From Candidatus Multivorans sp. (GTDB lineage: Bacteria > Acidobacteriota > Thermoanaerobaculia > Multivoradales > Multivoraceae), in contig OZ244152.1 in NCBI GenBank assembly GCA_965216125.1, forward strand, positions 4,244,937 through 4,308,936: DNA of 64,000 bases. The letters run 5' to 3'. The notes under the pieces are model-generated. The model made no database searches. It was not told the DNA's origin and saw only the letters and a list, made by a program, of their open reading frames with translations. Shown one piece after another: positions 27,001 through 35,479 of this stretch. The position numbers and the translations under genes were made by a program. Each line of letters starts with the position of its first letter. Position 1 is the stretch's first letter.

Positions 27001-27516
27001 TCAGAGAGCGACCTGAACCGTGGCCCCCGCCCAGTTCAGGGCGATCCGGTCCCCGAACCGGTCGAAGGCCTCCTGCGCGCTGAAGTCGAAGTTCCCGCTG
27101 CCGTTGGCGACTGCCGTGAAGCGGACCACGGCGACCGTACCGCCTCCGCTCAGACCGGCGACTGCGCCGAAATGGGTGGCGCCCACGAGAAGACGGCCCG
27201 GCCCGGCCTCGCGAGTCTCCAGGCTGGGGAACACGCCGCCGTCCGACTCCTCGTAGCGCAGCAGGTTGGCAGGAAACAGGAACTCGAAGCTCAGACCGTA
27301 CAGACCTTCGACGCCCATGGCAACGATCTCGACCTCGAGCGAGGCCCCCTGCACCACGCCGCGCAGCCCGATCGAGGGGTCTCCGACCGGCGCCGGAAAG
27401 AAGCTGACACCCCGGGCTGTCGGAGAGACTGGCGCCGTCGGGCTTCCTCCTCCACCGTCGCAGGCCACGAGGGCCAGCGCCACCAGGAGGGCCGCCCGCT
27501 GTACCGGAAAACGCAA
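27001..27516 (-). CDS. Lipoprotein with a cohesin-like beta-sandwich pattern
   Basis: 171 aa with lipobox LALVAC, then GASLEVEIVAMGVEGLYGLSFEFLFPANLL...GTVAVVRFTAVANGSGNFDF, resembling cohesin-type domains. Confidence 0.5.
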   Translation of the reverse strand: MRFPVQRAALLVALALVACDGGGGSPTAPVSPTARGVSFFPAPVGDPSIGLRGVVQGASLEVEIVAMGVEGLYGLSFEFLFPANLLRYEESDGGVFPSLETREAGPGRLLVGATHFGAVAGLSGGGTVAVVRFTAVANGSGNFDFSAQEAFDRFGDRIALNWAGATVQVAL

Positions 27517-27539
27517 TGGCGCCCTTGCTACCGGAACGC

Positions 27540-28070
27540 TCAGCGTTCCCCGCCGGCGATGCCTGGCTCGCTCGCGCGCAGCCGGCGGAGAAAGCTCCTG
27601 GCCCGCTGTCTTCGTAGCCCACGCAGCCGATCGACGAAGAGCACGCCGTCCAGGTGATCCAACTCGTGCTGGATCGCCCGGGCCTCGAGGTCCTCCGCGT
27701 CCATCTCGAAGGGTGAACCCTCCAGGTCGGTGGCCGCGATGCGAACCGTGGCCGGCCGCGTGACCTTCTCGGTGAAGTCGGGAATGGAGAGGCAGCCTTC
27801 CGTGTCGGTGTCCACGCCGTCAGCTTCGACGACCCGCGGGTTCACCAGGACCCGCACCGCGTCCGGGTCCATTCCCGCCGTCGCGTCGACCACCGCTACA
27901 CGGAGTTCGACGCCGACCTGGGGCGCGGCAAGGCCGACTCCAGGAGCCTCAAGCATCGTCTCGATCATGTCCGCCACCAAGCGGGTCAGGTCGGGGCCGA
28001 ACTCCTCGACTGGTACACACTGCACCCGCAGCACGGGGTCCGGGTAGAGACGGATCGGAAGAACGGACAT
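27540..28070 (-). CDS. def: Peptide deformylase
   Basis: Motifs GVGLAAPQVG, EGCLSIP and HELDHLDG. Confidence 0.95.
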   Translation of the reverse strand: MSVLPIRLYPDPVLRVQCVPVEEFGPDLTRLVADMIETMLEAPGVGLAAPQVGVELRVAVVDATAGMDPDAVRVLVNPRVVEADGVDTDTEGCLSIPDFTEKVTRPATVRIAATDLEGSPFEMDAEDLEARAIQHELDHLDGVLFVDRLRGLRRQRARSFLRRLRASEPGIAGGER

Positions 28071-28309
28071 GCAATCCCTACGCGGCGCGGGGGACGGCGC
28101 CGATCATACGGGAAGGCCGACCCGCGGGCTTGCACACTGTCCCCGCAAGTAGACGCCGGTGTGACCTTCCCGGTACGGTCCGCCGCGGCCAGTCGTCCGA
28201 ATCCCGCCGCTGTCCCCCTTGGTCGTGCTCCCGGGCAGGACGTCCGGCGACGCAGTTTCAACGCCGCCTCTCCCATCAGGTCCAACCAGGGACAGCCTGT
28301 CCCCTTCCC

Positions 28310-28325
28310 TGGCACGCGGATTGCT
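28310..28325 (+). promoter_or_regulatory. Sigma-54 (-24/-12) promoter
   Basis: TGGCACGcggaTTGCT matches the consensus TGGCACG-N4-TTGCW with exact spacing. It lies 106 nt upstream of ATG 28431. Confidence 0.65.
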
Positions 28326-28430
28326 CAGCAGTCCTGTGAAGAGCACGCTCAACGACGCCGGGTTGAACCGAACCCGGCAGCAGACGCCCCGGTGGTAGCG
28401 TGCAGACTCCGACCCGTTGGAGGACAAGAG

Positions 28431-30713
28431 ATGAGATTCACCCTCCCGCAAGCCTTCCTGATCGTCCTCGCGAGCGGCGCCTCAGGCGCGGCGCAGGCGC
28501 AGCCGGCGCAGCAGGAACGAGGACAACTCGACGGCGTCTACAGCTTGGTCGGCGCGTTGGACGGCGACGCGACCCTGTTCGCGGCGCGGTCGGGCGCTCA
28601 GAGCGAGTTGGAGATCCACCTGCCGATCCTGCGCGGAGACCGGGTATGGACGAGACCGTACGGCCGCCTGGCGGTGCTGATGTCCGACCGCTCGATTCTG
28701 GCCCTGGACCATGACAGTGAGGTCACCTTCGCCCAGATCGCCGGCTCACCGGAGGCCGACGACGCGGACTCCCTCTACGTCCTGCACCAGGGCCGGCTGA
28801 GCCTGGAGGTTGCGAACAACCTGCTGGACTCGGAGCTGCCGGCGGTCGACACGACCAACGCCAGGGTCTACGCCAAGCAGGAGGGCCGCTACCAGGTCGA
28901 GACCGACGGCGACAGTTGGACCGAAGTCGCGGTCCTGGAAGGGTTCGCCGAAGTCGTCACCCAGCGGGGTTCGGTGATCGTCCGCGGTGGCGAATCGCTC
29001 CTGGTTCGGGGGCTCGACGACCCCTGGATCGAGCTCCAGAACGGGGCCGGCGTCGCTGCCGCATCGTTGGATCAATGGGCGGAGGGGCACCGTGCCCGGC
29101 TCGCGGCCTACGCGGCCGTCGATGTCGACGGCTACGGCTCCGCCTTGACCGGCCATGGCCAATGGGTCGAAGTCGAGGATCGCCGGGCCTGGCAGCCCGA
29201 GACCGAAGACGACTGGCAGCCGTACAGCCGGGGCCGCTGGACGCATACGCCCGCCGGGCTGTACTGGGTCGCCCGGGATCCCTGGGGCCCGCTCACCTAC
29301 CACTACGGCAGTTGGAACCTGCACCGCGGCTACGGTTGGCTCTGGTTCCCGAGCTCCATCTACTCGCCCAGCCATGTGTACTGGTACTGGGGGCCGTCCT
29401 ACGTCGGCTGGATCCCCCGCGGCTACTACCAGCGCCACTACGGGGGTCTGGGCTTCGGTCTTCGCTACGGCCTCTACGGATGGGCCGGCGGCCTCTGGGA
29501 TCCGTTCAACACCTGGATCTTCTGCCCGTCAGGGTACTTGGGCAACGGCCGCGGCTACACGTATGGCCGCTCCCTGCGCCGCCGGCACCCGAAGCTTGCC
29601 CGCGGCATCATCACGACGGACACCAATGGCATCGACTACCGCAACTGGCGGGATCCTCAGGCCGCGCAACATGTCCTCCTCGGAAAGCGCCGCGGCTTCT
29701 CTGAAAGCGAACTCCCCGACGTCACGGACTTTGTCGCCCGCAGGGCGGACCTGCACGAGTCGCTCCAGACGAGGCTCACGCGGACCGACGGGGAACCGGG
29801 GATTGTCACGGTGGCCGGCGCCCCCGCCAATCCCAACCGGCCAGGCCTGGTCGGCGTCACCGCCGGAGGGCTCCGGGCGGGTTCCACTTCCCAGGTAACG
29901 GGCACCGAACAGAGCTCCGCCCAGGGAGTCACGGTTCGGCGGACGGCCCCCGACGAGATTCGGCGCGCGGGCGGCGGCGCCGTCAGAACAATCACCCAAC
30001 CGCGGAGGGCCGGCTCGGTTCCCAACGATCAGGCGGAGCCATCCGATGCGGCTCCCGCGATCCGGCCAGCGGAAACCCCGAAACCCGCACGGGTCAGTAC
30101 CGGGGGTCTGAGAGCGGCGCCCGCCCCGACGCCGACGGTCGCGGTCGAAGAGCCTGGAAGCGTTGACCCGAAAGCACCGGTCCGCGTGACGGCGCCGCGG
30201 TCCAGCGGAGGCACGATCGATCGCAGCCGCAGGCCGACACCAGCGCGCCGCGTTCTCGACGCGATCCGCGCGCGGGACGCGGCGCCGAGTTCCCCCCGGA
30301 CGGCGACTCCTTCGTCCAGGCGGCCGGATCGCGCCGGCACACCGCCGCGGACAGCCACGCCCAAGTCCACCCCGACGCGCACCAGGTCTGCACCGCCGCG
30401 AACAGCCACACCGAAGTCCACACCGACCCGCACCAGGTCCGCACCGCCGCGAACAGCCACGCCCAAGTCCACCCCGACCCGCACACGGTCCGCACCGCCG
30501 AAAGCCTCAAGCCCGCGATCGACGCCGCCACCGCGCACGCGGTCGACGCCCCGGACCTCGTCGCCGCGCTCGTCATCACGGCCGGCTCGCAGCTCCTCGC
30601 CACCGTCGAGGTCTTCCGGCTCTTCCGCACCAAGGGCCTCATCGCCACCCGCTTCGCGCCCATCGTCGCCGCCGCCCAGCGGTAGCGGACGCACGCCTCC
30701 CCGCCTGCGCTGA
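28431..30713 (+). CDS. Secreted FecR-domain protein with a Trp/Tyr-rich central region and a basic Pro/Ser/Thr/Arg-rich repeat tail
   Basis: ATG 28431 follows GGAGG. Signal peptide MRFTLPQAFLIVLASGASGAAQAQ, a FecR-like segment (ILRGDRVWT...RLAVLMSDRSILAL...VLEGFAEV), a W-rich block (YGSWNLHRGYGWLWFP...YWYWGPSYVGWIP) and a tail with PPRTATPKSTPTRTRSA x3. Confidence 0.7.
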   Translation: MRFTLPQAFLIVLASGASGAAQAQPAQQERGQLDGVYSLVGALDGDATLFAARSGAQSELEIHLPILRGDRVWTRPYGRLAVLMSDRSILALDHDSEVTFAQIAGSPEADDADSLYVLHQGRLSLEVANNLLDSELPAVDTTNARVYAKQEGRYQVETDGDSWTEVAVLEGFAEVVTQRGSVIVRGGESLLVRGLDDPWIELQNGAGVAAASLDQWAEGHRARLAAYAAVDVDGYGSALTGHGQWVEVEDRRAWQPETEDDWQPYSRGRWTHTPAGLYWVARDPWGPLTYHYGSWNLHRGYGWLWFPSSIYSPSHVYWYWGPSYVGWIPRGYYQRHYGGLGFGLRYGLYGWAGGLWDPFNTWIFCPSGYLGNGRGYTYGRSLRRRHPKLARGIITTDTNGIDYRNWRDPQAAQHVLLGKRRGFSESELPDVTDFVARRADLHESLQTRLTRTDGEPGIVTVAGAPANPNRPGLVGVTAGGLRAGSTSQVTGTEQSSAQGVTVRRTAPDEIRRAGGGAVRTITQPRRAGSVPNDQAEPSDAAPAIRPAETPKPARVSTGGLRAAPAPTPTVAVEEPGSVDPKAPVRVTAPRSSGGTIDRSRRPTPARRVLDAIRARDAAPSSPRTATPSSRRPDRAGTPPRTATPKSTPTRTRSAPPRTATPKSTPTRTRSAPPRTATPKSTPTRTRSAPPKASSPRSTPPPRTRSTPRTSSPRSSSRPARSSSPPSRSSGSSAPRASSPPASRPSSPPPSGSGRTPPRLR
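30342..30494 (+). repeat. 3 x 51-bp in-frame tandem repeat inside the FecR-like gene
   Basis: Units at 30342-30392, 30393-30443 and 30444-30494 differ by a few substitutions. Each encodes PPRTATPKSTPTRTRSA. Confidence 0.9.
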
Positions 30714-30841
30714 CGCGACTCGCGCGCCGCTTCGCGGCAGCGCGCCCGGATCGCGGGCCAGAAGGCCCGCACGACGGCCAGCGCACCCAGTCGAAGGCCC
30801 CTGAGACCTAGAATGCGTCGCATGGGGTCTCCTTCCTGACC

Positions 30842-31144
30842 ATGCGCTGGAGTGTCGCCTGGTCCAACCTGCTTCGCGTTCTCTTCGTGATCTATTGCGT
30901 CGAGGCGGGGCTGTTCCTGATCATCGCGCCATGGCGGGAGTTCTGGACCCTGCTGGTCGCCAGATCGGCACTGTCACAGGCGCACCTCGGGCCGATTCTC
31001 ATGCTGCCGTGGGTCCGCGGCGCAGTCACCGGCTTCGGACTCGTTCACCTCATCTGGGGCATCCACGACCTCGAGCGCATCCTGCTCGGCAGGCGTGCCG
31101 GCGACCTGGAAGCGCCGATCCCGGAACCGGATCGAGCGGGATGA
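30842..31144 (+). CDS. Small integral membrane protein, unknown function
   Basis: 100 aa with 2-3 hydrophobic helices (LLRVLFVIYCVEAGLFLIIAPW, GAVTGFGLVHLIWGI). Its stop overlaps the thiE start (ATGA). Confidence 0.5.
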   Translation: MRWSVAWSNLLRVLFVIYCVEAGLFLIIAPWREFWTLLVARSALSQAHLGPILMLPWVRGAVTGFGLVHLIWGIHDLERILLGRRAGDLEAPIPEPDRAG

Positions 31145-31770
31145 AACGAAGGCCCGAGGTTCCGGCGCTGCTGGCCATCAGCGACCGGCGTCTGTGCGGC
31201 GGGGCATCCGGCCTGAAACGCTGGGCGCTCTCGCTGCCGGCCGGCGCCGCGATCCAGCTCCGCGAGAAGGACCTCGACGCCGCGGCATTGACCGAGATCG
31301 GACGCACGCTCCGAGGCGTCGCTGCGGGTCTCCTGATCGTCAACGGCAGTCTGGAAGCGGCTGTCTCCTGTGGGGCCGACGGCGTCCACCTGCGGTCCGA
31401 CCAACCATGGGCCGAGGCGGCCCCGACGATCCGCGAAAGGCGCCTGCTGCTCGGCGTGTCGACCCACAGCCAGCGCGAAATCGAGGCTGCCGTCGATGCC
31501 GGCGTCGACTACGCCCTCTTCGGCCCCGTCTTCGCCTCGCCCGAGAAGCTCCGGTTCGGTGCGCCCCAGGGTCTCGAACGACTGCGGCGAGCTTCGCAGG
31601 GCGCCCTGCCGATCCTCGCCGTCGGCGGTGTCGATTCCGAGAACGCGGCTCTTCTGGCCCGCGCGGGCGCACATGGCGTGGCCGCGATCCGAGCCTTTGC
31701 CGAACCCGGCGAGGCGGCCGCTCTCGCCAGCGCGTGGACGCGGGCGACTGGTACGATTCCACGCCCGTGA
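31141..31770 (+). CDS. thiE: Thiamine-phosphate synthase family protein
   Basis: 209 aa matching the TMP-synthase pattern IQLREKDL, GADGVHL, GVSTHS, DYALFGPVF and ILAVGGV. Confidence 0.75.
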   Translation: MKRRPEVPALLAISDRRLCGGASGLKRWALSLPAGAAIQLREKDLDAAALTEIGRTLRGVAAGLLIVNGSLEAAVSCGADGVHLRSDQPWAEAAPTIRERRLLLGVSTHSQREIEAAVDAGVDYALFGPVFASPEKLRFGAPQGLERLRRASQGALPILAVGGVDSENAALLARAGAHGVAAIRAFAEPGEAAALASAWTRATGTIPRP

Positions 31771-32315
31771 AATCGACCAGGCTCCGAAAGACCAACTGCC
31801 TCGTCCTCTCCGCGCTCGTGCTGGCGCTCGATCAGTGGAGCAAGTTGTGGATCGAAGCCGGCCTCGAACTCCACGAGAGGCTGCCCGTTCTGCCCGGCTT
31901 CTTCGACCTGGTTCACGTCCAGAACACAGGCATCGCCTTCGGGCTGTTCCCGGCCGGCCGCGAACTCGCGGGCACGCTGCTGCTCACGGCCCTCGGCTTC
32001 GCCGCGCTCACCGTGATCTCGCTGTACTTCCGCAGCGCTTCGGAACGCGAGCCACTCCTCCTGCTTTCCCTCGCCCTGGTACTCGGGGGGGCCGTCGGCA
32101 ACCTGGTCGACCGCGTTCTGCTGCGCGCGGTGACGGACTTTTTGGACGTGTACGTCGGCACCCACCACTGGCCGGCCTTCAACGTCGCTGACAGCGGCGT
32201 GACGGTCGGCATCGTGCTCATGCTGGCGCACAGTTTCCTACCTCAGGTTCGGCGGCGGCCGGGCGAGGCGGAAGCGAGCCGCGGCAAGCTGATCCAGGCC
32301 CGCACGTCGAAGTGA
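31767..32315 (+). CDS. lspA: Lipoprotein signal peptidase (signal peptidase II)
   Basis: GTG 31767 overlaps the thiE stop (GTGA). Motifs DQWSK, VHVQNTGIAFG, GGAVGNLVDR and WPAFNVADS. Confidence 0.9.
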   Translation: MKSTRLRKTNCLVLSALVLALDQWSKLWIEAGLELHERLPVLPGFFDLVHVQNTGIAFGLFPAGRELAGTLLLTALGFAALTVISLYFRSASEREPLLLLSLALVLGGAVGNLVDRVLLRAVTDFLDVYVGTHHWPAFNVADSGVTVGIVLMLAHSFLPQVRRRPGEAEASRGKLIQARTSK

Positions 32316-33370
32316 GCCCGATACACGAGACCACGCCGCCGTCCCACGGCCTTCCCAGACTCGCCTGCTCGAGGCGCCACCTCAGGGCGCCGGCGTCCGC
32401 GGCTGGTGAACGGATCGACCGCTACCTGGCGCGAGCTCTGGATCAGCCGCGCAACCAGGTTCAGAACCTGCTCCGCGCCGGCCGGGTGACCGTCAATGGA
32501 ACGCCGCTCAAGCCGTCCTACCTGCTGCGCGGCGACGAGCGGATCGACTACCGCATTCCGTCGCCCCGGCCCAGCGATCTGGCGCCCGAGACCGGGCCGA
32601 TCCGACTGCTTCACCGGGACGATCATGTGCTCGTGGTCGACAAGCCGGCCGGACTGATCGTGCATCCCGGCGCCGGCGTTCGGAGCGGTACCCTCGTGAA
32701 CCGGCTTCTGCACCACTATCCGGAGATCGCAGGGGTCGGATCACCGGAGCGGCCCGGAATCGTCCACCGTCTGGATGTCGGCACCAGCGGTGCTCTGGCC
32801 ATCGCCCGCACGGACACGGCCTACCGCAGGTTGAGCCGGGCCTTTGCCGAACGAGAAGTCGGAAAGCTGTACCTGGCGGTCGTCTACGGCTGTCCGGATC
32901 CCGCAACCGGAACGATCGAACTCCCGATCGGCCGCAACCCCACCGTACGCACCCGCATGGCCATCGTCCCGGAGTCGCGGGGAGGCCGTCCCGCGACAAC
33001 CCGCTACCGCGTGCTCGCGTCCGGAACGGGCGTCTCGCTGCTGGAGGTCCAACTCCTTACCGGCAGAACGCACCAGATCCGCGTTCACTGCAAGGCGATC
33101 GGCCACCCCCTGGTCGGCGATCCAGGTTACGGCGAACACCGTTGGCGTGGCCTGCCACCGGCCTTACGGCGTTCCCTTCGGGAGTTTTCACGCCCCGCAC
33201 TGCACGCCCGGAAGCTGACGCTCCCTTCCCTCTCCGGCAAACCTCGCACCAGCTACACCGCGCCCGTGCCGCGCGACTTGCGGGAACTGTGCGCCGCCTG
33301 CGATCTGGCGTCGAGTCTGCCGGCCGACGAGGCCGGCGAAGCCGGCGAGCCCATCGAATCCGGGCTCTAG
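32312..33370 (+). CDS. rluD: RluA/RluD-family 23S rRNA pseudouridine synthase
   Basis: S4 domain (RIDRYLA...V.VNG) and catalytic HRLDVGTSGALAIA. GTGA overlap with lspA. Confidence 0.85.
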   Translation: MSPIHETTPPSHGLPRLACSRRHLRAPASAAGERIDRYLARALDQPRNQVQNLLRAGRVTVNGTPLKPSYLLRGDERIDYRIPSPRPSDLAPETGPIRLLHRDDHVLVVDKPAGLIVHPGAGVRSGTLVNRLLHHYPEIAGVGSPERPGIVHRLDVGTSGALAIARTDTAYRRLSRAFAEREVGKLYLAVVYGCPDPATGTIELPIGRNPTVRTRMAIVPESRGGRPATTRYRVLASGTGVSLLEVQLLTGRTHQIRVHCKAIGHPLVGDPGYGEHRWRGLPPALRRSLREFSRPALHARKLTLPSLSGKPRTSYTAPVPRDLRELCAACDLASSLPADEAGEAGEPIESGL

Positions 33371-33390
33371 CGGCCTCTCGCCACGGACTG

Positions 33391-33858
33391 CTAGGAACCG
33401 CCCGACTCGGCGACTTCGCCCGCGAAACCACCAGCCGACGGCGATCCGATCGCCAGCGTGCCGCTCATCTCGATCCTGCCGTTGCAGACCCCGCCTTCGG
33501 CGATCGATACGAGGGGTGCGGCCAGGTCCCCCTCAATCGATCCGGAAGTGGCCACTTCAATCTTCTCCGTTGCCCGGACATTGCCCTTCACCTTGCCGGA
33601 GACCTGAACCGAATGCGCTGTGACATCGCCCTGAACCCGACCGCGCCGACCGAGAACGAACCGTCCCTTGAGTTCGACGCACCCAACCAGGGAGCCGTCG
33701 ACCAGAACCTCTGTTTCGCCGGAAATGGTGCCCTCGATGTGGGAGCCGACCGCAACGTAGGTACGGGCCGGTGCGGCCGAGGTCGACCTCACCTCACCGG
33801 GGGGCGTCAGCGCAGCCTCCACCGCGGACGCGTCGAGATCCTTCTTGAAGAACGCCAT
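33391..33858 (-). CDS. Bactofilin-family cytoskeletal protein
   Basis: 155 aa of repetitive beta-helix pattern: IEGTISGETEVLVDGSLVGCVELKGRFVLGRRGRVQGDVTAHSVQVSGKVKGNV. Confidence 0.8.
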   Translation of the reverse strand: MAFFKKDLDASAVEAALTPPGEVRSTSAAPARTYVAVGSHIEGTISGETEVLVDGSLVGCVELKGRFVLGRRGRVQGDVTAHSVQVSGKVKGNVRATEKIEVATSGSIEGDLAAPLVSIAEGGVCNGRIEMSGTLAIGSPSAGGFAGEVAESGGS

Positions 33859-33914
33859 CTACCTCTTCTCTCAATACCGAACTCAGCATGACAGAGGCTA
33901 TCCGGACTGGCGGC

Positions 33915-33990
33915 TGGAGCGGGCAACGGGACTCGAACCCGCGACATCCAGCTTGGGAAGCTGGCACTCTACCAACTGAGTTATGCCCGC
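33915..33990 (-). tRNA. tRNA-Gly(CCC), CCA encoded
   Basis: Acceptor gcgggca/tgcccgc, anticodon arm ccagc-ttCCCaa-gctgg, T-arm gcggg-ttcgagt-cccgt. Confidence 0.9.
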
Positions 33991-34095
33991 AAGAGGCTGT
34001 GCGGACCGCCAAGGTAACCCAGCCACTCCAAGCGGTCAAGCGCCTTTGGCTATGATGCTTCGCCGTCCCCTTTCGCAACGAAACCTGCTCCCTTG

Positions 34096-34368
34096 ATGGC
34101 TACCAGCTCCCCGCACCAAGACCAGCCCCTCTACTTCTTCCCGGAGCGGAGCGTGACCGCCGGGGAACTGGACGTGATGCTCCATGGCGAAAGCAGGGAG
34201 GAACGCTGCTACGCCGTCTCCTGCATGCTTCGCTACGCCCAGTGGGAGGACATCTGGGACTACGTGTCGCGGGACGAAGTGCGCGATCTGTTCGAGGACC
34301 TGGACCTCCCCGACAGTTTGCGTGCTGCCTGGGCGCGCATGCTGAAGATCGAAACCGTCGCTACCTAG
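34096..34368 (+). CDS. Hypothetical small acidic protein
   Basis: 90 aa from ATG 34096. High GC3 and non-repetitive composition (LYFFPERSVTAGELDVMLHGESREERCYAVSCMLRYAQWEDIWDYV). No family recognised. Confidence 0.4.
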   Translation: MATSSPHQDQPLYFFPERSVTAGELDVMLHGESREERCYAVSCMLRYAQWEDIWDYVSRDEVRDLFEDLDLPDSLRAAWARMLKIETVAT

Positions 34369-34427
34369 CAGCGTGCGCGGCAGGAAGATCGGCGCACCCA
34401 AGGGTCTGCGGCGCACGCTCCTGAGCG

Positions 34428-35432
34428 CTAGCGGCGGTCGCCCATCACCAGGCCGCCCAGGCCGCCGAGCACCGAGCCCTCGCCCTTGCTCTTGCCGCCG
34501 CCCTGGGCCGCAGCCGCGAACACCCGGCTCGCGAGGCGGCTGAACGGGAGAGACTGGATCCACACCTTGCCCGGTCCGGTCAGGCTGGCGTAGAAGAGTC
34601 CTTCGCCCCCGAACAGCGCCGTCTTGATCCCGCTGACCATCTGGATGTCGTAGTCGACCTGTTGCTCGAACGCCACCAGACAGCCGGTATCGAGCCGCAA
34701 CGTCTCGCCTGCCGCCAGATCCCGTTCGACGACCGTACCGCCGGCGTGAACGAAGGCTAGTCCGTCTCCCTCCAGTTTCTGCAGGATGAACCCCTCGCCG
34801 CCGAACAGCCCGGCGCCCAGCTTGCGCTGGAACGCGATGCCGACCGCCACGCCCTTGGCGGCGCACAGGAACGCGTCCTTCTGGCACAGGATCCTGTTGT
34901 TGTGGGAGGGCAGATCGAGGGGAATGATGCGGCCCGGGTAGGGAGATGCGAAGGCGACGCTCCGGCGTTCCCCGGAGCTGTTTCCGAACACCGTCATGAA
35001 CAGGGACTCGCCTGTCAGCACCCGCTTGCCGGCGGACAGCAACTTGTCCATGAAGCCGCCTCCGCCACGCTCGGAACCGTCGCCGAAGATCGTGTTCATC
35101 TCGATGCCGGGGTCCATGTACATGAACGACCCCGCCTCCGCGACACACGCCTCGCCCGGGTCGAGGGTGATCTCGACGAACTGCATCTCCTCGCCCACGA
35201 TCACGTAGTCGATCTCGTCCGCGACGCTCCCGGGCGGCCGCGGGATCGAACTGCCAAAGGCGGACGCGAATTGGGGTTCGCTGACCACGGGCGCCCAGTT
35301 GCCCAGGCCCTCCCGGTACACGTGCGCGCTTCGGGAAACGGCGCCGGCACGGATTCTCTCTACGATCTCTTCGGCGAGAAAGGGCCCTTCCTGCTTGCCG
35401 GAGGTGGCCAGATACCAGATGCGGTCGCTCAT
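34428..35432 (-). CDS. AIM24/TIGR00266-family protein with an N-terminal GYF_2-like domain
   Basis: ATG 35432 follows AGGAG. N-terminus [44 protein letters not shown] (GYF_2 pattern). The body has AIM24-like [22 protein letters not shown]. Confidence 0.65.
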   Translation of the reverse strand: MSDRIWYLATSGKQEGPFLAEEIVERIRAGAVSRSAHVYREGLGNWAPVVSEPQFASAFGSSIPRPPGSVADEIDYVIVGEEMQFVEITLDPGEACVAEAGSFMYMDPGIEMNTIFGDGSERGGGGFMDKLLSAGKRVLTGESLFMTVFGNSSGERRSVAFASPYPGRIIPLDLPSHNNRILCQKDAFLCAAKGVAVGIAFQRKLGAGLFGGEGFILQKLEGDGLAFVHAGGTVVERDLAAGETLRLDTGCLVAFEQQVDYDIQMVSGIKTALFGGEGLFYASLTGPGKVWIQSLPFSRLASRVFAAAAQGGGKSKGEGSVLGGLGGLVMGDRR

Positions 35433-35479
35433 CGTCTCAACTCCTAAGCCGCCCGGCTCGTCTGGCGGGGGCTCGTCAC

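Noticed and set aside
30029-30823. 264-aa minus-strand ORF with internal repeats (VGVDLGVAVRGGADLVR)
   Set aside because: It is the reverse-frame image of the 51-bp repeats in the FecR-like gene tail. It has no independent start context, and the plus-strand gene has a signal peptide, an RBS and a promoter.
34011-34039. Sigma-70-like promoter for tRNA-Gly(CCC): TTGACC, 16 nt, TTACCT on the minus strand
   Set aside because: The -10 hexamer is weak and I have no way to test it. It is left as a note rather than a feature.
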